Assembly: GCF_006345805.1 (NCBI RefSeq)
Contig: NW_021825191.1
Coordinates: 1 to 16,303, forward strand
Origin: Octopus sinensis
Taxonomy: Eukaryota
DNA: 16,303 nt
Reading direction: 5' to 3'
Shown here: in pieces, positions 1 through 9,258 of the stretch
How positions within the stretch are numbered: position 1 is the first letter of the stretch
Layout of the letters: every line of letters begins with the position of its first letter
Translations under genes and position numbers: made by a program
The notes under the pieces: model-generated
The model's input: only the letters and a program-made list of their open reading frames with translations
What the model was told of the DNA's origin: nothing
Database searches by the model: none

Positions 1-242
1 CTACACAGAAGCTCAAAATTTTCTCATCCTTGTTCTCCCCCCATGTACACTTCGCTCCCTGTGTCGTCCCCTATGCCATCTGGTCCTCTTTCCATAAAGG
101 GTAGTGGTCATTCATTGCAAGATATGCTTGGTGTAACGTACGCGGTTTGAACTTGAGCTTTTATTGTTTGTCTATGAATACTGGCCAACGCAGTTTCTTT
201 TCAGGTTCATGATGCTACTAGGTCCATGCCTCCCACTTCCTC

Positions 243-955
243 AGGGCTGGCACTCTCACGTTGGCACACTGAAAGGCAATCTGGTGAGATCGTCGAATTG
301 CTTGCGGAACGGAGGTGTGTAGATATATGCTGTATTCAAGAGGTGAGGTGAGGGGAGGTTCTGCTAGGTTCCTCACGGGTAAAGACAGAGGTATAAAATT
401 TTCGGGCCGGGAATACTGAAGAGTCGGGGGGGGGGAGTGGGTATGCTTATTGCCGAAAAATGGGTAGATAAAGTTATCGAGGTAGTCAGAGTAGTGACAG
501 AATATTGAAGATTAGATTAGTGCTCCATCATAGTTTAGCCTATTATATCGGCCTATGCCCCTCAGCCAGGGTTACCCGATGGACAGAAAGACCGTTTCCT
601 ATGACACCCTACTGCAGACCACCTCATTGACGAACAACAGAGACCTTCTCTTTGTGGCTGTGTGACTTCAATGGCATGTTGGACGATATTGCTGAGGGCT
701 TCTATGGCGTTCATGAGGCTATGGTTATGGTTCTCGCAACCATGAGGAGGGAACCAGGCTGCTGGAGTTCTGTGATTCGAATAGTCTTATGGTTTGCAAC
801 ACTAACTTCAGGAAACCACCAAGCCACCTGGTCACCTACCGTTCGGGCCGCGCATACTAGCCAAATCGACTACATCCTTGCCAGAAAAAGGAAGAATGCA
901 GGCGAAGAATGCAGGCGAAGAATGCACCCCACACAAGAATGGTAGTCAGTGACTT
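243..955 (+). pseudogene. Apurinic-like endonuclease (APE/EEP) domain of the RTE ORF, frameshifted
   Basis: Readable motifs across frameshifts: GTL-x-VGTLKG, DICCIQEVR (~322-348), DFNG (~662-673), SQIDYIL (~858-880), VVSDFR (~941-958). Confidence 0.85.
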
Positions 956-1639
956 TAGGATCAGGACTAAGAGGACGACTAGAAGACGACCAACATGGAG
1001 AAGAAGGGTCTGGAAGCTTAAAGATCCTGCTAATGGACAGAGATTTAGAGACATGTTTACTTGAAGCCTTTGACGAAATAGAAGGGGGCATAGCTACACA
1101 TGGGGTAGAAGATAACTGGGCGCTTCTAAGGGACAACCTGCTGAAAGCCACTGACCAGATCTGTGCTGGTGCAAAGTCCCCACAAGACCCAAAATAACGT
1201 GGTGGTGGAACAATACTGTTGACAGGGCTATTAGACAAAAGAAACAGGCTTGGAAGGACTGCAAGAACGGTGGTAGCAGGGAAGTGTATCAGACTGCAAG
1301 AAGGGAGCTAGGAGGCAGGTTTATTTACCAGAGGGGAAGCAGATAGGAAAAATTTGCCAATGTCCTGCGCCGTGAGGATGAAAGACTTGAGGTATTTCGT
1401 ATAGCAAGACAGTGTGTGAGAGAGAATCGTGACGTGGTAGGAGAAAATGTGTTCGCACGGATGACGGCTCACTTGCGCTTAATGAGGATGCAAAGAGAGA
1501 GGTTTGGAGAAGCCACTATGAAAGGTTGCTGAATGAGGAAATGAATGGGATAAAGAGTCTGCCGAATGTCGACCCAACAGAGGACCAGCAATCCGAGTTG
1601 ACAGTTCCTTAGTAGATAAGGCAATTAAAGCATGAAAAC

Positions 1640-3239
1640 AGGGAAAGCCCCAGGCCCATCAGGAATTACTGCAGAGATGCTCAAAATATCTGGTTGTCGG
1701 CTATAGCCTAGTCACCCGTATAGTTAACCAGGTGATACACGAAGGAGTCATTCCCAATGACTGGTGTAGCAGCATAATAGTCACTGCTACAAAGGTAAAG
1801 GTGACGCCCTAGATACAAATAGCTACAGGGTTATCAAGCTGCTGGATCAGGTAATGAAGGTTACGGAGAGGGTTATAGCCCAACTAATTAGAGAGAGAGT
1901 TAGACTAGATCAGATGCAGTTTGGGTTCGTGCCAGGGAAAAGTACTACTGATGCTATTTTCATGGTAAGACAGCTGCAAGAGAAATACCTAGCCAAAGAC
2001 AAGCCCCTATACCTGCTTTTGTTGATATGGAGAAAGCCTTCGACAGGGTCCCCCGATCCCTCATCTGGTGGTCAATGAGGAAACTAGGGATAGATGAATG
2101 GTTAGTGAAAGCTGTACAAGCCATGTACAGAGACGCTGCTAGTAAGGTGAGGGTTGGCACCGAGTACAGTGAAGAATTCAGGGTAGAGGTTGGGGTCCAC
2201 CAAGGTTCAGTCCTCAGTCCCCTCCTATTTATCATAGTCCTCCAGGCAATAACGAGGAATTCAAGACAGATGCCCCTGGGAGCTCCTCTATGCTGATGAC
2301 CTTGCTCTAATTGCTGAGTCTCTATCAGAACTAGAGGAGAATTTTCAGGTATGGAAACAAGGTTTAGAATCGAAGGGCCTTAGAATCAACCTAGCCAAAA
2401 CCAAAGTCCTAATAAGTAGGAAGGTAGACCAATCACAAACGCCTTCAGGTAGATGGCCCTGCTCGATCTGTAGAAAAGGTGTAGGTAGAAACTCTATAAG
2501 ATGCACCAAGTGTAAGCTATGGACACATAAGAGGTGCAGCAATGTCAAGGAAGGCTAACTAGGAAGATGGTTTTTCTATGTGGCAGATGCTCAGGAACAA
2601 TTAACACCGAAAATGCTCTGAGACCAACTTCCGTCACTTTCCAGGGAGAAAAGCTAGAAGTAGTTGATAGTTTCCGTTACCTAGGGACCAAGTCAGTAGC
2701 GGGGGCGGGTGCGCTGAGAGTATAACTGCTAGAGTAGAATAGCCTGGGCAAAGTTTAGAGAGCTCTTACCTCTGCTGGTGACAAAAGGCCTCTCGCTCAA
2801 AGTAAAAGGCAGACTGTATGATGCATGTGTACGTACAGCCATGCTACATGGTAGTGAAACTTGGGCTGTGACTGCTGAGGATTTGCGTAAGCTCGCAAGA
2901 AATGAAGCTAGTATGCTCCGATGGATGTGTAACGTCAGTGTTCATAATCGACAGAGTGTAAGTACCTTGAGAGAAAAGTTGAACCTAAGAAGTATCAGTT
3001 GTTGTGTGCAAGAGAGACGTATGCGCTGGTATGGTCATGTGATGAGAATGGCTGAAGATAGTTGTGTGCGAAAGTGCCACACCCTGGCAGTTGAGGGGAC
3101 CTGTGGAAGAGGTAGACCCAGGAAACCTGGGTCAGGCGGTGAAGCACGACCTTCGAACTTTAGGTCTCACCAAGAAATGACCAGTGACCGAGACCTTGGA
3201 GGTATGCTGTGCGTGAGAAAAACCCGGCAAGACCAGTGA
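1640..3239 (+). pseudogene. Reverse transcriptase and C-terminal region of the RTE ORF, frameshifted
   Basis: GKAPGPSG (~1641), QFGFVPGKSTTDAIF, MEKAFDRVPR, GVHQGSVLSPLLF, LLYADDL (YADD at 2289-2300), VDSFRYLG, RLYDACVRTAMLHGSETW, RWYGHVMRM, GRGRPRK; stop at 3237-3239. Confidence 0.92.
2460..2590 (+). other. PHD-type C4HC3 zinc-finger module inserted in the RTE RT after YADD
   Basis: Translation CSICRKGVGRNSIRCTKCKLWTHKRCSNVK-(1 frameshift)-RLTRKMVFLCGRC gives C-x2-C-x10-C-x2-C-x4-H-x2-C...C-x2-C. Confidence 0.75.
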
Positions 3240-3285
3240 GAACAGTCAAAATCAAGATCAAACCAAATTGAGGTCGATCAACATC

Positions 3286-3992
3286 AGGGCCCCCCGTGCA
3301 GGTGACACGTAAAAGTACCATCCGTTCGTAGCCGTTCGCCAGCCCTGTCTGGCCCCCGTGTAGGTGGCACGTAAAAGCACCATCCGTTCGTGTTCGTTGC
3401 CAGCCTGCCTGGCCCCCGTGCCGGTGACACGTAAAAGTACCATCCGTTTGTGGCCGTTTGCCAGCTCTGTCTGGCCACCGTGCCGGTGACACGTAAAAGC
3501 ACCATCCGTTCGTGGCCGTTTGCCAGCCCTGTCTGGCCCCGTGCCGGTGACACGTAAAAGCAACACATCCTTCGTGGCCGTTTGCCAGCCCTGTGGCCCC
3601 CATGTCGGTGACATGTAAAAGCACCATCCGTTCGTGTCCGTTGCCAGCCTCGCCTGGCCCCCGTGCCGGTGACACGTAAAAGCACCATCCGTTCGTGGCC
3701 GTTTGCCAGCCCTGTCTGGCCCCATGTCGGTGGCATGTAAAAGCACCATCCGTTCGTGCCCGTTGCTAGCCTCGCCTGGCCCCCGTGCCGGTGACACGTA
3801 AAGCACCATCCGTTTCGTGGCCGTTTGCCAGCTCTGTCTCGCCCCCCCGTGTTGGTGGCACGTAAAAGCACCATCCGTTCGTGTCCGTTGCCAGCCTCGC
3901 CTGGCCCCGTGCCGGTGACACGTAAACACCATCCGTTCGTGGCCGTTTGCCAGCTCTGTCTGGCACCTGTGCAGGTGGCACGTAAAAAGCAC
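3286..3992 (+). repeat. GC-rich minisatellite, ~61-bp unit, 11 full units plus a 12th core, inside the RTE 3' UTR
   Basis: Consensus about GGCCCCCGTGCCGGTGACACGTAAAAGCACCATCCGTTCGTGGCCGTTTGCCAGCCCTGTCT; 12 CA(C/T)GTAAA cores counted from ~3306 to ~3979. Confidence 0.95.
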
Positions 3993-4160
3993 CCACTACA
4001 CTCACGGAGTGGTTGGCGTTAGGAAGGGCATCCAGCCGTAGAAACACTGCCAGATCTGACTGGGCCTGATGAAGCCTTCCAGCTTCACAGACCCCAGTTA
4101 AACCGTCCAACCCATGCTAGCATGGAGAACGGACGCTAAATGATGATGATGATGATGATG

Positions 4161-4161
<1 letters not shown>

Positions 4162-4195
<34 letters not shown>

Positions 4196-4199
4196 ATAT

Positions 4200-4234
<35 letters not shown>

Positions 4235-4375
4235 GTATATATATATATATTATCATATAATATATATAATATACATATATATACATATATATATATATGT
4301 ATGCATATATATATATATATATGTATACATATACATATAATATATATATACATATATATACATATACATATATAT

Positions 4376-4422
<47 letters not shown>

Positions 4423-4509
4423 ATATATATATATGTGTATATATATATATATATATATGTGTTTTATATATGTATATATGGTGTATTATATATATATATG
4501 TGTGTGTGT

Positions 4510-4561
<52 letters not shown>

Positions 4562-4600
4562 ATATATATATGTATATATATATATATATTATGTGTATAT

Positions 4601-4632
<32 letters not shown>

Positions 4633-4905
4633 TGTGTATATATATGTGTATATATATATATATGTTGTTATATATATATATGTGTATATATATATATGTG
4701 TATATATATATAATATGTGAATATATATATTATATGTGTATATATATATAATATATATATGTGAATATATATATATATTGTACATATATATATATTGTGA
4801 TATATATATATATGTGTACATATATATATATATGTATATATATATATATGTGTATATATTATATATATATATGTGTGTATATATATATATATATAATATA
4901 TATAT

Positions 4906-4936
<31 letters not shown>

Positions 4937-4940
4937 TATA

Positions 4941-4976
<36 letters not shown>

Positions 4977-5038
4977 GTGTATATATTATATATATATTAT
5001 ATATATGTATATATATATAATGATGTATTATATATATA

Positions 5039-5086
<48 letters not shown>

Positions 5087-5202
5087 TATATATATTAATA
5101 TATGTAATATATAATATATATATATTATATATATGTATATATATATTATATATATATGTATATATATATGTATATATATATATGTATATATATATATATA
5201 GG

Positions 5203-5237
<35 letters not shown>
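4162..5237. repeat. Long degenerate (AT)n microsatellite with GT interruptions
   Basis: Direct inspection; the YI-rich ORFs here are artefacts. Confidence 0.98.
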
Positions 5238-5427
5238 CGGGCATGGCTGTGTGGTTAGGGAGCTTGCTTCCTAGCTACATGGTTCGGGTTCAGTCCCACT
5301 GCGTGGCACTTTGGGTAGGTGTCTTCCACTATAGCCCCGAGCTGACCGGAATTTTGTGATTGAATTCGGTAGGTGGAAGTTACTGCCGTGTGTGTATATG
5401 TGCGTGTAGGTGTTTGTGCCTCTCCCA
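5238..5427 (+). mobile_element. tRNA-derived SINE, 5' portion only, within microsatellite
   Basis: A-box-like TGGCTGTGTGG at 5244-5254 and B-box-like GGTTCAGTCCC at 5287-5297, followed by a non-tRNA body (GTGGCACTTTGGGTAGGTGTCTTCCACTATAGCC). Resembles cephalopod SINE heads from recall. Confidence 0.75.
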
Positions 5428-5785
5428 AAGAGAGAGAGAGGGATATGTATATATATATATATGTATATATATGTATGTATGTATATATATGTATGTATGT
5501 ATGTATATATATATAGTATATATATATATATATATATGTATTATATATATATATATGTTATATATATATATATGTATGTATGTATATATATATGTATGTA
5601 TGTATATATGAATATATATATATATGTATATAATATATATATATGTATATATATATATGTATATATATATATGTATATACATATATATATATATATTTAT
5701 ATATATATATATATGTATATACATATATATATATAAGTATATATATATATATGTCATATATATATGAATATATATATATATATAT
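5428..5785. repeat. (GA)n then (AT)n/(ATGT)n microsatellite
   Basis: Direct inspection. Confidence 0.95.
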
Positions 5786-5956
5786 TGTATAGAGGGCATT
5801 ATTACACATAAATGCCTCACACTAAGAGGGACAAAGTCATTACTACCAAAATTATTACTACCAAAGTCATTACTACAAAAATTAGTATAATTTTTGGTAG
5901 TAATGACTTTGTCCCTCTTAGTGTGAGGCATTATGTGTAATAATGCCCTCTATACA
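5786..5956. mobile_element. Palindromic MITE-like non-autonomous DNA transposon with TGT...ACA ends and a candidate ATAT target-site duplication
   Basis: ~70-bp arms are reverse complements differing only by two homopolymer-length indels. ATAT flanks both ends (5782-5785, 5957-5960). No coding capacity. Confidence 0.7.
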
Positions 5957-6090
5957 ATATAGATATAATTAATTTGTTCAAAAGAAAAAAATTATTTTCG
6001 AATTCTTTTCTTTTATGAGGTTTTCACGCTAGCTACCCGATAATTTCTTGTAAGATCCCTTATTAAGAGATTATCCTTAATTGTTAAACT

Positions 6091-6143
<53 letters not shown>

Positions 6144-6237
6144 TATATATATGGTATATATATATGTATATATATATAATATATATATGTATATATATAT
6201 GTGTATACATATATATATGTGTATATATATATATTAT
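6091..6237. repeat. (AT)n microsatellite
   Basis: Direct inspection. Confidence 0.95.
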
Positions 6238-6351
6238 ATTGATTGATTGATTGATTGATTCCAGTTTCAGCTTATGAGCTGTGGCCATGCTGGGGCACCG
6301 CCATTTGGTGTTGCTACTTGGTTTCACTTCATGGAGGCTTTCTAGCAACTG

Positions 6352-8543
6352 CTATTTGTGCATGAGAGAGTTATATGCAGCTGCCCTCATCTGCCCCTCC
6401 TGCCGTGAAGTTGGTTCATCTGGGACACCTGACAGAAGAGATCCAGCTCCATTTTTAAAGACATCTGTATCCACCCCATGCAGGTCTCTTAGGTTCATCG
6501 GAGGATATTGAAGAGCTGTGGGCCTCGGAAGCCCAGGCTATCACAGAATCTTGTCCTACATCTTGATGGCAAGTTTGGAGTCCTAGGCACCACGCAGTGG
6601 CGCCCAGTTCTGGCGTTTGCATAACTCTCGATGCCAAAGTTCAGGACACTTCCCTCCAGGATCTTCCAGATGTATATTATGGCATATCCTTCCCGCCTAC
6701 GCTCCAGGGAATATGATTTTAATCTCTTGAGTCTTTCCCAGTAGCTTACATTCTGCATAGAGGCTATCTTCTTCGTGTAGCTTCGTTGGATCGCCTCAAG
6801 TTCTGTGATCAACTTGACACTGGATGGTGACCATAGCTGAGAGCAATAGTCAAAGTGACTTAGGACAAGTGTCTTCCAGAGGACCATCATGGTTTCTTGC
6901 TCTCATAGTGCTGCAGGAGCTGAGTTAAGCAGCTTCTTCCTGGTCGGAAACATGTTGGGTGTCAGGCAGCAAGTCATTTTCTTCAAGGAAGGTGATTAGT
7001 TTCCTTCTGACTACCTCCTTTATGAATAGGGCATATTTTACCTTCCTTCAGTTTTCTTGGAAGTTTGCCAGCTGCAAGGAAGCTCTGAAAGAGGAACTGC
7101 AGTGGTCTTGCTAAGACTCTCTTACATACTTTTAGGAGGATTGCCGGGAATCCATCGGGGCCAATAGCTGAGTCTATTTTCATTTCATCTATAGCCTTTA
7201 TTACATCGTCTTCCTTTATATCGATGTAATTCTATATCTGCAGTGGTAAAAAAGTCAGTTGGATTGCTGATTTGGAAATGCCCAAGGGGTGGAGTGAAAA
7301 CACTCTTGAATTGTTCATTCAGTATTTCACTTACCCTCATTGGTTTTCCTGTGAGTGTGCCATCCTTTTCAAGGAGTGGCCTTATCCTACAGTGCACCGT
7401 AGCTGTTTCTTTGGCATACCTGTAGAAAGCTCTGGAGTTAGTTTTTATGTTGTCTATAGCCCAGGCTTCTTTGTCTGCTCTTTCCTTCTCATGGGAGAGT
7501 TGCAGACAATTTTCAATTTCCAACAGTTTATTTTCAGCGGGACTTTTCTTTTCACTGCTTTCAATTTGTTTGTTTAGGCGATTTGAGATTTTTGTGCGCC
7601 GTCTCATTAAAATTTTTCTCTCTCTGGGGATTTTGTTCTTGTGTACAGTGGCCTTTCTCTCTGGGACACATTTGTAGCATATGGCTTGCATTACGGACAT
7701 GAATTGTTGAAGTATCATGTCGATGTCCGGCGAGGAGAGACATTCAGGCCAGTTTTGTTTGAGGATCTCTTTCTCAATTTGTTTCCAGTTTGCCTTATTG
7801 AAGTTCAAGCTGGAAGATTCTGAGGGTTTCTTGTAGGCTGCATGTCCATGCTCTCTTTTGGCCCGTACATGGTCAGCTCTACCATGTTGTGATCCGAGAG
7901 TAGTGTCGGTGTCACTTTCACATATGGATGAGATCCATGTTATTTGTGAAGCAGAGATCCAGTGTGTTACCCGCTCTGGTTGGTTTGGAGTATTACTTGC
8001 TCCATGTACAGGGTGTTGGTGAGGTTCAGGAGGGACCTCGCCTGTCCTCGTTCACATCTTGTCATTCCTGGGAGAGAAAGCCCTCGGGCCATCTGACATT
8101 TGGTAGATTGAAGTCTCCCATGAGAAGTACACTTATGTGTTGTTCTAATGTGGTTAGAACTTCTATTTTTAAAAGGCAGTCCTCAACTTGCCCATATGAC
8201 TTGGGGCATCTGGAGGGCGATATGTAGCACACACAACTACATCAAGTTGCCTTATGTGTACAATTAGTGTGTCACACACCGAGTTTGAGTATGACAAAAG
8301 GACCTGGGGTGTGAGGTCCCCACGGATGTACATAGCAACTCCTCCATGACTTCTTTCTTTCCTGTCGGTCCGTAGTACAACATACTGTGGTATGTGTAAT
8401 TCCGCATCTGCTATGTCCGGTTTCAGATGCGTTTCTGTGAGTGCTATGCATAAGGCTTGATTGCATGCGACAAAGTCTCTCAGGAACGGGACTTTTGTCC
8501 TGTTACTGTTTGTTAGTAGTCCTCTGATGTTCAGTAGGAGCAT
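6352..8543 (-). pseudogene. CR1-type ORF2 (APE endonuclease plus partial RT), frameshifted and internally deleted
   Basis: MLLLNIRGL (ATG at 8543), IALTETHL, GGVAMYI, ATYRPP, MGDFN (~8110-8122), SDHNMVEL (~7872-7898), SAIGPDGFP, ICPIHKGG, TQH-(fs)-FRPGRSCLTQLL, then C-terminal LSHFDYCSQLWSP, LEAIQR and SLERRR; stop at 6352-6354. No YADD/FADD or QG motif is present. Confidence 0.88.
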
Positions 8544-9258
8544 CGAGGTGAGGTGTATGCTGTTGCCGGTGGTGTCCACCCTGGGTCCATCTGCTGTGGC
8601 GGTGTTGTGAACCGTGGGCAGTTCCATCTGCGAGCCTGAGCCTGATGGAGCCAGGTTAGCTGCTGTACAATATTTTGTGCCATGCACAAAAAAGATTCCT
8701 GCTCAGCAGCTGCCCTTTCAACAACATGTTGGTGGTTTGTGGTACGCACCACATCTGCGTACCTCCGTTTTGGGGCCGGTGATGCGTGGTCCATCCCATT
8801 TCCTTTCGGTGGTTGGTTTCTGTGGCAGGGTCCCGGATGTGCAAAGCGGCAGCCAGCACCTTCCTCTCCATGCCGGCAGGCACCTTTCAGGTAGAACCTA
8901 CATACCCGTGTGCGCTGCTTGTTTCCATCCTTTTTGGCATATGGACAGTTAGGTTTGCCTCTATCCCTGGCTGCCTTGCCCCTTGGCTTTGTCTGAGTTT
9001 TAGCTTCATTTTTTCCTCTTTTTTTGGCCTCTTCATCTCCATGTCCATGGCTTTTGGTGCCGGTAGGAGTATCCGTACCTGGGTTCACCTCCCGGGCAGG
9101 CCTCTCGTTGGAGTTTTCTTCCTGGGCGTCCACCAGGTGGGGGTGACCCTCCTCATCTGCGCCCGCGTCTCCATCCTTGCCATCTTTACTTTGTTCGCGT
9201 TTTTCGCTGTTAAAAATGGCATCCAGTGTGTTTATGTGCGATCTGACAAGTGCGTATG
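8531..9258 (-). CDS. CR1-type ORF1 (5'-incomplete) with a CCCH zinc finger
   Basis: The frame stays open upstream of the track ORF 8531..9133 to the PLE junction (...HINTLDAIFNSEKREQSKDGKDG...). It contains CRFYLKGACRHGEEGAGCRFAH (C-x7-C-x8-C-x3-H) and overlaps the ORF2 start by 13 nt. Confidence 0.7.

Larger units (their letters stand above)
240..4161 (+). mobile_element. RTE-clade non-LTR retrotransposon (LINE), near full length, frameshifted. 1-239 may be its 5' UTR; the 5' boundary is not defined.
   Basis: A single APE-RT reading frame can be pieced across frameshifts from ~243 to 3239. It is followed by a 3' UTR with a minisatellite and a (TGA)7 tail at 4141-4161. A single ORF plus a short tandem-repeat tail is RTE architecture. 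Confidence 0.9.
6238..9258 (-). mobile_element. CR1/L2-group LINE, 5'-truncated within ORF1, with the RT core internally deleted and an (AATC)n 3' tail
   Basis: On the minus strand: ORF1, endonuclease, RT start and a CR1-type C-terminus, then a short 3' UTR and a (TTGA)n tail on + at 6238-6260. Confidence 0.88.

Noticed and set aside
1-240. Possible HDV-like ribozyme in the RTE 5' UTR, which is known for some RTEs
   Set aside because: I could not assign a nested double pseudoknot by eye. An Infernal or RNArobo search including upstream sequence is needed.
4065-4090. CTGATGA-AGC..GCT in the RTE tail as a hammerhead core
   Set aside because: No GAAA follows the stem, and the motif is not kept in the related copy at ~14540.
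3160-4110. Long repetitive minus-strand ORFs (171-244 aa), and the array as a possible CRISPR
   Set aside because: These are by-products of a GC-rich minisatellite. Units are contiguous with no unique spacers, there are no cas genes, and the context is eukaryotic.
4098-5931. Many YI/IY-rich ORFs here, and likewise at 12934-13128, 13937-14224 and 15306-15545
   Set aside because: They are translations of (AT)n microsatellites, which lack stop codons in several frames.
5962-6090. Possible missing 5' part of the PLE on the far side of the CR1 insertion
   Set aside because: No PLE RT N-terminal motifs are visible in any frame.
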